This document shows, one piece after another, positions 49,636 to 62,290 of a stretch of 64,000 bases of DNA. The notes under the pieces are model-generated. The model did no database searches. It was not told where the DNA came from and saw only the letters and a list, made by a program, of their open reading frames with translations. The position numbers were made by a program, and so were the translations under genes. This DNA is from Callorhinchus milii (lineage: Eukaryota). The stretch's first letter is position 1; every line of letters starts with the position of its first letter. The DNA lies in NCBI RefSeq assembly GCF_018977255.1, contig NW_024704758.1, positions 9,238,001 to 9,302,000 of the forward strand. Reading direction: 5' to 3'.

Positions 49636-51515
49636 CACAGGTTCAGTGGGAATCACTTTACTTTGTCCTGAATCAATGTACATCATTGAGGCAGAGTGAA
49701 AGTAACTGAACCCTGCATTCAACATACCTGACAGTTGACTTTGATGTGATAGTTGGAAGCTAAAAGAACGAAAACCTCCTTTCCCTGCATTGAGGTGCGA
49801 GACTTTTACTTTAGACAACTTTCCTGAAGTTTACTGATGATGGCAAAAGGAATAAATCGGGAGGGGAAATAGCAATTAATATTTGGCAGCACTGGTAGCA
49901 CAATTTTTTTATTTCCTCTTTACAGTTTTATCAGAAACATTCTCATAAACGTTTTGGATTCTCACATTGTCTGGATTCCAACCTTAGGATGGCAAGAAGA
50001 AAATACAAATAAATATTTGACTTAAAAAAAAATTGGCCACCAAATTGAATTTCTCTGAATCTTTAGCACTGTGAATACCTGTCTTCTTCCCACCACCCCC
50101 GGCATTTTTTGATCCAGAGCTTCAATGCTTTCATTTGTTGCAGAACGCTTGAATGTAATGTAATGAGTTAGCCATCAGTCAGCTCTGAAATCAAACACAG
50201 CCCAGCTTTGCACTGTAGCAGTCACAAAGACATGCACCTACCAACAAATAAAATGGAAGGCTTGAAACAAGCGTTGAAGATCGAGTGTCATGGAACCGGT
50301 CTTTCCGACCCTTTTCAAAACTTCAATTAAAAGCATCTTTATCGTGCTTATTAAGCGACACAATGGACCTGTGCGAAACATATCTGTGTTGGGCGTTCAC
50401 TGCGCAGCAAGTGTTGCAAATTGATTAACCATTTCCAAGGCTGGTGTCTCATTGGCTCAACGTGACAGTTGTTGTGAAGGTAGCTTCAATATTTATGCTT
50501 GCTGTCAGCAAAACTGCAGTAAGGTTGAAAACCACATGACGTGCAGCAACCCGAGCGGGGTTGTTCCTAATTTTGGGTTCTGAAGACACTGTTTCTGGCA
50601 AAGGAAATAATAATGCTACAATAGGTGTCAGTCACGCCATTGAATCCTGGGGAGCACAAATGCAGTTTGCTGGGAAGCCTAATTCCTGATCTATTTTATA
50701 CTTGAGCTGGAATTCCTCATCACCTGATGAAAAAGGATATTGCTCAGCGTATTTGTACACTAACCCATTTCAGTTTGCAAATTCACCATAGCTGAAAAGG
50801 CTACTGGTGTTATTTTGTTTGTATTTCAAATACTGCAACTGCACACAGGATGAGTGTCATCCTCACTTAAAAGGTGTGCACTCCCAACACACATTACATT
50901 GCTCGGCGATTCATACTGTGTCTTGCCTGTATTATATCAAGGTAAAGGGGGTTATACTTTGGTGGGCGGGGAGGAAGGGAGAGAGGAAAGTTTACAGTCA
51001 GGTTGGCTAACTGAGCGCCCAAAATCTTGCTATTGAGCATAGGGTTGTCTCTTACCAGATAGCAAACCTACATGGAGCAAAATGTTTCTCAACAGTTTTG
51101 AATAACCTTCCTGTAAACATGTTTTTTTTCATCTTTTCAAAAGTGTCCTGTCTTGCCATCGACAGCCAAACAACATCATCAGGTCCTGCCAGTGAAAGGT
51201 ACCTTTCCCATTGTGACTGGCACCGCCTGAATACATGCCATCACCAGAGGCCAAATGAAAAATGAGTTAATTTACTGCCAGCTTTCGTTGTCCACTTTCC
51301 TTGTCAATCACATCTAGGACACCAGAAAGAGACATTGGGATTGATGTGAAAAGTGAAGGGAGATCAGCAAAAAATAACACTCATGACAGCATGTGATTGA
51401 TGACTGAGGTGACTTCGACGGGAATGAAAAATTCCCTTTTTTTTATTTTCAATAATGCATTTTGTAGATATTAATGTGCCGCATGAAAGAGGTGCAGAAG
51501 AAGTGTTTGAGATCA

Positions 51516-51572
51516 ACTTGGGACGTCCTCCCGACTTGAAAGGCGCTATACAAATGTAATTTGTTGTTGTTT
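51516..51572 (+). mobile_element. Minimal L2 3' tail insertion
   Basis: cttgggacgtcctcccgacttgaaaggcgctatacaaatgtaatttgttgttgtt. Confidence 0.85.
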
Positions 51573-51979
51573 TATTCACCAAGTGTGACTTAGTTGGGCT
51601 TCCTCACTTCTGCCTGGGTATGAGTTTGTGGATCTCTGAGCTGTATCCTAAAAGCACGACCAGAAAAACCTCGGGTCGAAATAATCGATAACGACACTCA
51701 GTATTGATCCTCATTATTGGCTACTAATTTTTTTTAAGTTAATGGGAAGAAAATCCCTATTGGCATCGAGGAATGTCTGGTGTTCATACAAATTTGGGAA
51801 GGTTGTAAAGTGGACATCATTTCTGTTCTTCAGAAGCCAAGAATTTAGGGACTTATTTAATATTTATTTGCTGTTACTTGGTGCTCCTAAGCTGGATGAC
51901 TCTCATGGTGCCGGACATACTACAAAGGCTTGATGTGTGTGAAACCACATAAGTACCTCCTCAGGAATATAATTTGAGC

Positions 51980-51983
<4 letters not shown>

Positions 51984-52015
<32 letters not shown>
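51984..52015. repeat. (GT)n microsatellite
   Basis: Direct. Confidence 0.95.
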
Positions 52016-52016
<1 letters not shown>

Positions 52017-53927
52017 AGACAGAGCATTTGAAGCTGAGTTCTGCTCTGGGCTATTGTCACTCTGGAAGATTGGAGCAAATGTTTGCTCTTCAGTTGTGGT
52101 AGCTACGAGCTTCAATTTCCAGCCTTATAACATGGATGTTAACAGATTGTTGTCCTGTTAAAACTGTGGTCCCTGACTAGAATAAGAAGAAAAATAGCTC
52201 TGGGTCCTCAAAGCAAGCATGAAAAAAGCATCACATTACTGATGCAGAAATGATTTGTGTTTCCATATACAGCGAAATCCGCTTCCCCTGGATGCAGAGT
52301 AACAACAGATGTTGAATAAATCGAACAAAACCTGTTGGAAATATACTGGTTGACTCGGATGAAAATCCGAAAATCTCAGACACCCCTTAAGCCGGACAAA
52401 CCATCCATCAACGATGTGTGTGACTTATCAGGCTTTCACTGTAACTTATGGTCGATGCTGTGTAATTTATTGAATTTGTGCAGATTGTCTTGTTTTCCTC
52501 TGATGTTACCTGTTTTGGAAGCTATAATAAAAACGCTTGCGTTTGATACAGCGTCTTTCACGTCCAGAGGACTTCCCCAAGCACCTCACAGGGGTTTCCG
52601 TACAGTGCAGTGTATTGCAGGCAGAAGACATTCAGCGCTCAAAGGGCTTAAAGCAAAAGAATGGCGTTTTTGTGCTTTGGTCTGGGAAACCCTGGGAAAA
52701 TGCAAGCTATTATTAGCGTACATTATAATCAAATCATGTAATTCATTTACATGCCTCACAATCTGCATATCAAGCATTTCCCAATCTAATTATACTGAAA
52801 GGCAAGATAAACGGCACACCTGAAATTAATTATGAGACACTGTTCATTTTGATTACTCTCTGGAAAGGATATGCTATTTCAGCTCGTTTTAATTCTCTCA
52901 GGGTTAAAGCGGCACTTTGTTAAGTTACAAATTCTGATTCATCCTTTGCGTGGCTGTTGGAAATGTTTTCGTATCAAGTCAACTAGGCTTTTCAGTGAAG
53001 AACACGTTGATGCTTTGTTTCAAATGGCGGATAGGTTTTCACCTTTGTTTTTAATCACTGATGTGAGGTTGACAATCTGAGGAGCTTACAGGGTTTTGTC
53101 TGTTTGGTGATGTACGGCATGATTCCCTAGTTCAGCACAATGTGGTGAATGCTACGTGGGCCAGTGTGAAGACTTATTTTCAGGCCTATGTGAAGGTCCA
53201 CGAGTCAAGACCTCTTGGAAAAGTTGTAAGCAATTGGAGAGGTGAGAGGCATTGTTTGCCTGATGCCGAGGTTAGGATAGCTTGCAACACTGCGAGAGAC
53301 TATCCTGTGTCAAGGCGATTTATCATTGCTGTTGGATTTTTAGAGAAAGGTGAGACTGATGGAGTTGCATACTGTTGAGTTCCTGGGAAACTATGAATGA
53401 GAGGTGGAGATGAAGTGCAGTTGCTTTCAGTGTCATGAGAATGTGTGTGCGTGTGTGGGTGGGTGGGGTGGTGGGGGAGAAGGAATGTATTTGTAGCTAA
53501 AGGCAAATGAGACTGATGTACTGTGTAAAATATTACTGGTCATTTCCCTTGCCATAAGGGAAATATCAGAATGATCAAATCGCTTTTCTGATGAATGCAC
53601 GGTTGAGTACAGGCCTCTGGGCTCTTTTAAAAACTCGCTTGCTGCTGCGATGGGGAGTCAGTAGGGTGGGTAATCTGAAAGGATGAAACCAAATCGGCTG
53701 AAGCACTGTGTTCATCTGAACCCATCTTGTGATCTTTTGTTTTTAAAAAAAGGGTTCAAAACCTAATTATTTCAGTTTATAGACAACACTGTGGTGAGTG
53801 CAGAATGCCAGGCTGAGATGGGCTGAATGTGAGGGACCTGCCTGGATGGCATCACAACAGCTAATTTCCTATTTTTTAATGTTAAAGAATGGATTTGGAC
53901 AGAGCAATAATTTAAATTTATGAAGTT

Positions 53928-53935
53928 TGTCTGCC

Positions 53936-53968
<33 letters not shown>
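53928..53968. repeat. (CTGT)n microsatellite
   Basis: Direct. Confidence 0.95.
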
Positions 53969-53969
<1 letters not shown>

Positions 53970-54709
53970 CCTGACTGTCACTGTTCCTGTAATAGTGAAG
54001 GATAAAAATAATACCCTGCGACATGTAGCTGTTTCAATTCTGTTATATTTACACTATGGGATGCGCACTAGATAACATCTGGCGTGGAACTGGTTTGACG
54101 CTTGTTGGTGCAGCTATTGATGGAGATTCTCAAAATCTAATGGAAAATTGATTCCTTTCTCACTGAGACAAGGAAAATGCCCTCTATGAGGAGCACTAAC
54201 CAGCCAGAGTGGAGATGTGCCATGTTTGTTCAGAGTTTCATTCAATCAGTTGCCTTCAGGAGCTGCGTAGAAATTATACAGAACTTTCTCTCAGTAGATT
54301 AAGTAAATTGCATTGATTTGTTTACAGTTTGTGAAGCAATCTTGATGGAACCATGGGTCTTTTCTCGTTCTATTTCTTATGTTCCAAAAGAATCTGCATT
54401 CACCACATATTTATACATTATATACACCAAAGCTGTTAGACAGCACAGAACCATAAATGTAGGTGATAACAGAGAGACAGTGCAAGTGCGTATTTGCGTC
54501 AACTTGAGCAAAATACCAGGCAGAAGAAACCCTTAGAAAACATTGTCTAAAGAAAGTCCACAGTGGGATAAATGCAATGATTGTTATTACTCGGCCGTTT
54601 TCAGCTCCTCACACAAAGAACCACACTTTTAACCAGTTTATCAGCTACTTATTTAAGTTGCTCTGATGATTGGCTGTGGTTGACGCTCTGACCTGTTGTT
54701 GTTTAAGAA

Positions 54710-54815
54710 GCAGCTTTGATGGTGCTATGGAAGGGGGCGGAAGGGTGGGTGTTCTGGATGGATGAGATTGAATGGGCCAAAGGGCCTTCTCCATCCAAAC
54801 CAATCTTGTGTGACG
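54710..54815 (+). mobile_element. CR1 3' tail fragment
   Basis: ggatggatgagattgaatgggccaaagggccttctccatcc, the CR1 terminal hairpin motif. Confidence 0.6.
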
Positions 54816-54903
54816 TCTTGGGCCTGAATATGAATCCAGTCCCCAGCTGAAGTGTTAAGGGTCTCTTCCTTTCATGATCGTCATGGAATACAAAATCAAA
54901 ATT

Positions 54904-54968
54904 AAGCGCTTTGGGACGTCCTCCCGACGTGAAAAGCGCTATATCAAATGCAAGGATTATTATTATTA
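54904..54968 (+). mobile_element. Minimal L2-type tail insertion with TSD
   Basis: aagcgctttgggacgtcctcccgacgtgaaaagcgctatatcaaatgcaagg(att)n; attaa at 54901-54905 and 54965-54969. Confidence 0.9.
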
Positions 54969-55577
54969 ATTTGAAGTGTCTCAGTCTGGAGAGAACAGAA
55001 GAAAAATGCATCCCTGTTAATCATCCTGGCGTGAAAGGTAGCAATCACTCAGAGGTGTTAATAGTGCTTTGGTAAACCAATGCTCTTACAAAGTAAAACT
55101 TTTACAGAACTAAGCCAACAGATCCCAAGTTTCTTTTTGGAAAAAGAAGCCTTTTATTTTCTGCATTTGATATAGCACCTTAACACGACTTCAAGACATC
55201 CCAAAGTGTTTCGCAAGACATGCTGTAAAGTGTTGTGACTGTGTGTTTTGTGGGCAAAAGTTTTGCCATCAGTGTTCAGAAGCGCACAGTGACAACATGA
55301 GGAAATGACTGGATTAACTAGTTGGGATTTTCCACTGACTGGCAAGGACCAGTGGTACTGCTTACTGCTAGAACCAATAAGCAACCAATAGATCGCTTCC
55401 CCTTGTGTGTGTGGGAGGTTAGTGAAGGAGCTCTCTGGATTCCATACAGGATGAACAATAGCAACTTGCATTTATACAGCACCCTTCCTGCAGGCATTTC
55501 AATTACTGCACTAACCCGTGACATAACCTCAAAGTTTGTATCCCAGAATCTTCCGTGTCACTGAAGCCTTATGTTTA

Positions 55578-55611
<34 letters not shown>
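55578..55611. repeat. Compound (GT)n(GA)n microsatellite
   Basis: Direct. Confidence 0.95.
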
Positions 55612-56842
55612 TGGGTATGTGTGGACAATCTGTCATCTTCTCTGCCATTGTGAATACTTTGAAGAATGATGACTCCAGCTGAGTGTCTTGCTTAAGACAT
55701 CTCGTAAAGAGATCTCGTTGGAAGCCTTGTGGATGATCTTCAGACCTTTCCTGCTGTCGTTTTCAACTGTCTGATTTGGGCAAGTGTGTTTGTCTTCTGA
55801 TAAGCTTTTACCCAGGGCTTGCTACACGATGCTGGCTCCATGTAGCATCAACAATACACAAGCCAAATGCTGTCTTGCACCTTTTGAAGACATTCTGGCG
55901 ACCTAGCTTTTCAAAACATCTCAAAGCGCTTCACAGGGTATACCGTAAAGTGAATTGACTGTGTATTTTGTGGGCAAAGAGCAATGGAACAAGGGCAGGT
56001 GAAGAGGAAAGTGGCCGATGAATGGGCAGGAATTGGCACAATCATTGGGCTGCAGCTAAAGGAATGGATGGAACGTGTTGATCACCAACCTCTAGAGGGA
56101 GGAAGGCACCAAACCAGACAAGTCCATTCAAGCTGAGTCATGATAAGAGGTTCAGGGATTTGGAGTAATGAGGTCACCCACAATAATGCATAGGGCTTTC
56201 GTGAGAAGCTTTCTTTATCCGCAACATTGCCTGCGGGCTGCTGTTTCAACATGGCTAACAGCTTACTGATACCTTGTTAAAATCAAAGCTCCGGCACTAC
56301 AAACAACGTCATGTTGAAATACTAAGCAATCAATCTTGAGCTTTATTGGATGTAAAAGCAATTTTTTTTCTCCGCCATGACTGCGGTAATGAATATTTGA
56401 CTGCTTTCTGCTCCGTGTGAGCGCTTCTCATAGGCAGAGTACTTACCGCTGTCATAATTTTTTAATATGCTTCGAAGAACCGCTTTTTTCATTACGACTT
56501 GCACATCAAACAGAAACTGAGACTCCGATCAATGCTGTCGCTACTCATCCTTTCAACCATTCCGTTCTGTGTAATGACAAAGAAGTTCGCAGTCTGCACA
56601 CCATATAATACCATTAACAGAATCCAGAATATTGTCAAGCAGCCTTGTTGGGAGTTCTTTCATTTGTGTATTGTAAGATCCAATGCACTCGTTTATAGAC
56701 AGCATTACACTTTTATCTGTTATTTACAAGGCTGCTGGAAACCATTTCCTTTGTCAGGATTGATCACTGTTATGAAGTGTGGGTGTAAGATGCACCTCAG
56801 TTGTGAATTGGGTGTGCAGAAGTTTCGTCTGTTACACATTCT

Positions 56843-57105
56843 GTAGAATTACATGGAATTTACAGTATGAAACAGCTCTTTGGCTCATCCAGTCCATGGC
56901 GGAAAATACTCCACATGAGCCTTCACTCTAATTCTCCCTCCCCCTCCAGGCTCCTTCTTACTCCACTATTCCCTTCTCCCTTTTGTTTGCGAGTTTCTTT
57001 CTTGAATTCATTGATGCTCTCTGCTTCGAGCAGGGCTTCTGGCATTGAGTTCCACATTCTCACCACCCTCAATGTAAAGAAGTTCTCCTGAACTTTCTTC
57101 TAGAT
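56843..57105 (-). mobile_element. CR1 LINE 3' end
   Basis: Minus strand NFFTLRVVRMWNSMPEALLEAESINEFK; tail region tagaattacatggaatttacag..tttggctcatccagtccatg on +. Confidence 0.8.
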
Positions 57106-57484
57106 CCACAGCTTGAATCTGAATTCAAACAGCACCAGCGACTCTTGAACATTGACTGTGACTCTGCCCCCAGAACAGCACACAACTCGCTGTGCAATGT
57201 TTGGTACAGGGCAGACTGCTGCCCTTTAAATGACCGATGCACGGTATGCTCAGAAATTACAGGTTGTAGCCTCGGTGCCCTTTAAACAAGACATTTATGA
57301 ATCCTCGGTTGTCAGAGAGGAGTGTCAGCTCACTTTTTGACCATATTGGACACTTCTCTCTGCTCTGCCCTTTACTGTGTATGCTTTGTAAATGCTAACT
57401 CCACTAATCAACTGCTTCCCTCCTCTATTGCCCTTTTATTTAGTCAATTGGTGCCCTGGCTTCTACAACTCATTTATTCGCGTT

Positions 57485-57822
57485 GGAGTCCTGTAGCTCA
57501 GGGGTTAGAGCACTCGCCACTTAAGTGAGAGGCCTGGGTTCGATTCCCGGTAGGGCGAAACCTTGGGCAAGTTTCCTTACTCCACACGCCTGATAATAAT
57601 CCCTCAAGAAAAATAATAATTTCCGAGGGTAATAATCCCTTCAAAAATAAATCAATAAAATAATTTGGTCATCAGTCCACGACTGTTTGTGGGACGCTGC
57701 TGTGCGCAATTGGCTGCCGGGTTTCACCCACAAATATACAATCAATTCACTTTACAGTATATTCTGTGAAGCGCTTTGAGACAGCTAGAAGACGTGAAAA
57801 GCGCTTCAAATGCAAGGATTAT
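57485..57822 (+). mobile_element. Full-length young tRNA-SINE (SINE2-1_CM-like)
   Basis: A box tagctcaggggttag, B box ggttcgattcc, cloverleaf-like head 57487-57557, linker, body, L2-type tail. Confidence 0.93.
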
Positions 57823-58050
57823 CCTTCTTCCCAGCAATACAAACAGCACGAGAGTCACACAAGTGAGTTATCCAGTTATTTCAATGCTTTTGTTTTGCCT
57901 TTTTCTCCTCTTCTTAAAGATGTTAATAACAATTCATCCTCACCTTTGATACAGCCACCTATCATCATCCATGTCTCAAAGCACTTCACAGCATTTATTT
58001 TAGATTGTAGTGACTGTGTATTTGTTTGTGTGACTTGATTAAGACAAGCC

Positions 58051-58111
58051 TATGTGGAAAGAGATCATGCTCTCAAGTTGTGAACAACTTATGTGGAAAG
58101 AGATCATGCTC
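58051..58111. repeat. 22 bp direct repeat around a hairpin spacer
   Basis: tatgtggaaagagatcatgctc at 58051-58072 and 58090-58111. Confidence 0.9.
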
Positions 58112-58769
58112 ACGAAGCCTGCCACTATATTGGAAGTTTATGCTCTGTACACTGACAGTGATCACATTTCTTTTACACTGACTGATAAAATTAACCATAT
58201 AAAAATAATTTCTCATTAAATATTCCTCTTCTTTTCTTGCGTTGATTTATAGCACTGAGATTGGTTGAGTGGACACTCACACTGTACAAAGACATACATC
58301 TCGGTAATACATATTCAACAATTGACTGAGCACAATCCCTTGATTCCTCTCCACTGTGCACATGCTGCAGAGTTATTGGTGGCAAATGAGACGAGGTGAA
58401 TGAATAGGCTGAAAAAGAGAGCTCCTTTGATACGAGTGAGAATGAGAGAAATGCTAATGGAATATGCCATCTGCAAAATAGAATGTGACAGAGCGGAGGA
58501 TAGCACAGGCTTTTGGTCCCACTAATCGAGGACTTAAACCTTTACATTTCGGCTTAATAGAAAAAAAAATTCAACTGAGTGTTGAGTCAACTGGGGAGTA
58601 ATTTCACCTGGGTCTAGGCTTGCTGCTTTTTTTTTTGTGTAACATTTTAGACTGTTTGGAATTTGGCAATTCCTTAAATACAGAATATCGTTTTCAGGAT
58701 TAAGGCTGTAAATTTCTTTTAAGAACTACAGGAAACCGATTTGAAAGTTACAACTGATTTATTAATTCT

Positions 58770-58885
58770 AATAATAATAGCCCATTCATTTTATATAGCC
58801 CTTATCACGTCGTTGAGATGTCTCAAAGCGCTCCACAGAATATATTGTAAAATGGATCGACTGTGTGTTTTGCGCACAGCAACAT
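58770..58885 (-). mobile_element. Young tRNA-SINE family, 3' fragment
   Basis: ccttatcacgtcgttgagatgtctcaaagcgctccacagaatatattgtaaa. Confidence 0.8.
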
Positions 58886-60784
58886 TCAACAATTTTCCAA
58901 ATTCTGGAAGCTCTGAAATGCTTCATAAACAGAGTAAATATATTCCCAGGTGGAAAGCGAATTGTGAAACGTTTAGCCGTTATCCTATGTGAAGGGCGCT
59001 TATATAAATGCAAGTGGTTGTAAGAATTACTCAAACCAATTCTTAATGTTGCCGGCTGCTTGTTTTTTTTTAAAAAAAAGAACGCTATTTGATTGAAAAG
59101 TGCTTGAGATTAAAAGGTTAAGAAAGGACTTCAATGTTGAGAAGAAAATATTTCAGTAACAAACCGAAGTGATGGAATTGAATCCATTGTTCATAGTCCA
59201 ACCACTTTAACAGTACCATCAATTCAGCTTGTAGCGGGATGACAGACTGACAGCTTTGAAAGAACAACCAGCTTTGGTCTTCGTCTCGGAAGGCAGTCAT
59301 GATGTTGTGAGTGAAATGTCAGACCAGATGACAGACACTGGCTCAATTCCCCACATCCCACAAACCAGTTTTTGCTTCCAGGCTGAGTCTATATTTCAAT
59401 TAAAGAGAAGGGCAACGGGGTCTAATTTATGACATTTCTTAACTCGATTTCTAAGTGACAAATCCAGGTGGTATTCCCATCGACCTCTGCTCTGGAATGA
59501 GATTGAGAAATTCTGTAATTTGTGGAGTTGGGCAATACCCGGGGTCAGCTCCAGTCGCTGTTTGCACCATTTGGTTTCTTTACAAAGGAGTCCGGTTAAG
59601 AACAAATGCAAATTCAACCCACAATATCTTAACCCGTTCTTTTGTGCTGATATTAGATTCTGTGGATGATTTTGAACATCGGTGTGGATTTCCCCTGTAA
59701 ACCTAAACGCGATGTGCCTGTGTGATTGAGATGTCAGCACTGACAATTGGAGGAATTCTTCCTGCTGTGACTAGACTCGATTTAATGGTGTAGAAACTCC
59801 TCAGAAAATGTACCTGGTTGGATGTCTGAAGCGACCATATCAACTTCACAGTTCTGATCAGTTCTGGACAGGATGCGTCCGCAAATGTTTTTCAGCCATT
59901 TCGAAAGCCAATCTACTAACTTGCTCCTGAGTGGAGGGTTCCCAAGATCACAAGATTGGTTCAGATGAAAAAGGACCATATGAAAAATTCAGTTTCCATT
60001 GTGTAAGAGTGGACTTTCTGCAGCATTTGCTTAAGTGTTCTGAGTCGCTACCCTGCTTGAGGGGCGCTATCTCTATCCAAGTTGTTGTTGCGCCATGCCT
60101 TGGTGCATTTTTGCTATCATTTTTATGTCTGCAAGTAGCGATGAAATTCTTTGGTGTCCTATTGTAGGGAGGCAAGTCTATTGCACCAAGGCAAGTCTTG
60201 CCATCCTCACAGCCCAGGACTGTACACTGGGAATGATGAATGCTGCCAGCCATGTTTTAACTTGCTCTAACCGCCTACTGCAATTACTGATGTATTCTGT
60301 TTTATGGTGTATATGTCTCTATGTAGTCAATTTAGGACAATGGTGTGACAGTCATTTTCTACCTTACCTCACCTTCTGAATCTGCTGGAAGTCAATTGCC
60401 AGATTAGTATTCCAGGCTGGTTTTTCATTATCAGGGGACTTCAGCAACAGCTTGGCAATTTCATAGAGTGTTTTTTTTGTACTGCACTGAAATAGCCAGT
60501 TATATTCATTTCAAAAGATGCAGCTCATCAAAAGAATTTTAATAATTGTTCAGCACGGTGAAGATTGCCTAGTTTGCTCTGCTTGGAAATCAATAAATGC
60601 TGTTCATTTGGGAATATTTACCCTTTATTATGGAACAAACCTCACAGCACAGTGTGCAAGAATAGACTTTATATCATAACTTTTCTCTTACAGTAGCCCA
60701 CAGGGGGTTGGTATATTTAAGGAAGGACGTGCTGGCGGTAGGAGGGATAGGGGGTGGGAGGTGGGGAACCATTATTTTTATTAG

Positions 60785-60937
60785 ACTGTTTGTGGGGACA
60801 CTGCTGTGTGCAATTGGCTGTCGTGTTTCGCCCACAAAAAATATACAGTCAATTCACTTTACAGTATATTCTGTGAAGTGCTTTGAGATGTCTCGAACGC
60901 GTGATATGGCGCTATATCAAATGCGAGGATTATTATG
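60785..60937 (+). mobile_element. Young tRNA-SINE family, 3' half
   Basis: gactgtttgtggggacactgctgtgtgcaattggctg..gaagtgctttgagatgtctcgaacgcgtgatatggcgctatatcaaatgcgaggattattat. Confidence 0.88.
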
Positions 60938-61965
60938 ATATAGAATTGACCCAGTAGTTTCGATATTATGGTCGATTTCTCTTGGATTTTTATAAGCTTA
61001 TTGTGCATAAAATTACTGTGTATTTCCCAATGGGACTGCCCATTTGTTTCTCAAAACAGCATTCCACCTTAGTGTGTTTGCAGCACTCCAAGACACTACC
61101 CTGCTGTAAAAAAAAGTTCTCAAAGATTTGACTCCACACGTCAAAATTTCACCAAATGCTGGGCATATTTATCACTCTTTCACATGTGTGAAGCTCACAG
61201 TGAATTCTCACAATTCTGTTGCCTTATTTCTGACTCCCAACGCGTGGATCAGTATAAACATTGAGAATATTTATTACCATGATTCAGTGTCGTGGTTAAT
61301 AATAATAATCCTAGCATTTGATATCGCGCTTTATCACATCTTCAAGATGCCTCCAAGTACTTCACAGAATAAAGTGAATTGACTGTGTATTTTATAGGCA
61401 AAACATTTGGGTCTTTATCTGCTGCCAACGCATCCGAGATTTAGTCTTGCAATAACTGGGATATCCTCAAGGTAATACTGAGCACCGCAAAAACAACAAT
61501 AAGTAAATGAAATTACATGGACGTTCGACATTTTAATTTCCCCAGAACATTTCACCCCTAAGCACTTTTGTTTCCGTGCAGTGGGAGGGGAATTAAGCAA
61601 GACATGGGCATTTCCATGGCATTTGTAGGTAATGCTGCATCATCCTTGGCGAGTTGGTGTGTTGACATTTTCCTACATTATTGTTTATTATTATCATTGC
61701 TTTCCTTTAAACGCGGTGTGTTCAAGGCCCACATTGAGAGCTTAGCTCACTGACGTGTATGGCACTCCAATGCTGTGAGGTTTGAGGTGCCATTTTTTGG
61801 GCAAGACTTGATCTTGTGATCAGTTTCTTCTGCTCCGTATATTTTATTTGATAAATAAATTCTCTTCCCCATCCGCCACCTCGAAATGAGGATTCTTAAA
61901 ATGGTGATTGTCCTGTATTCAGTGCAGTGTTGATTCTGCTCCCCCTCCCTCTCCACTGTTAAAGT

Positions 61966-62290
61966 GGAGTCCTGTAGCTCAGTGGTTAGAGCACTCGCCT
62001 TGCAAGCGAGACACCTGGGTTCAATTCCAGACATGGCGAAACCTTGGGCAAATTTCCTTACTCCACACGCCTAATAATAATCCCTCCAAAACAAACCAAT
62101 AATAAATTGGTCATCTTCAATCCACGACTGTTTGTGGGACACTGCTGTGCGCAATTGGCTGCCATGTTTCGCCCACAAATATACAGTCAATTCACTTTAC
62201 AGTCTATTCTGTGAAGCGCTTTGAGATGTCGAGAAGATGCGAAAAGCACTATATCAAATGCAAGGATTATTATTATTATTTATTATTATT
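61966..62290 (+). mobile_element. Full-length young tRNA-SINE (SINE2-1_CM-like) with TSD
   Basis: A box tagctcagtggttag, B box ggttcaattcc, (ATT)n tail; ttaaag at 61959-61964 and 62289-62294. Confidence 0.95.

Noticed and set aside
56447-56566. 120-nt minus-strand exon with good splice signals
   Set aside because: Stop codons in all three frames; no evidence for a non-coding exon.
57560-57685. Hammerhead ribozyme on the minus strand (ctgatga ... gaaa)
   Set aside because: No supporting stems, and the ctgatga core is not conserved in other copies of the SINE.
58051-58111. CRISPR-like repeat-spacer-repeat
   Set aside because: Only two repeats, a 17 bp spacer, vertebrate context and no cas genes.
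61966-62040. tRNA-Ala(TGC) gene (and tRNA-Lys/Val at 57487 and 27467)
   Set aside because: Each continues into SINE body and tail, anticodons differ between copies, and acceptor stems are imperfect.
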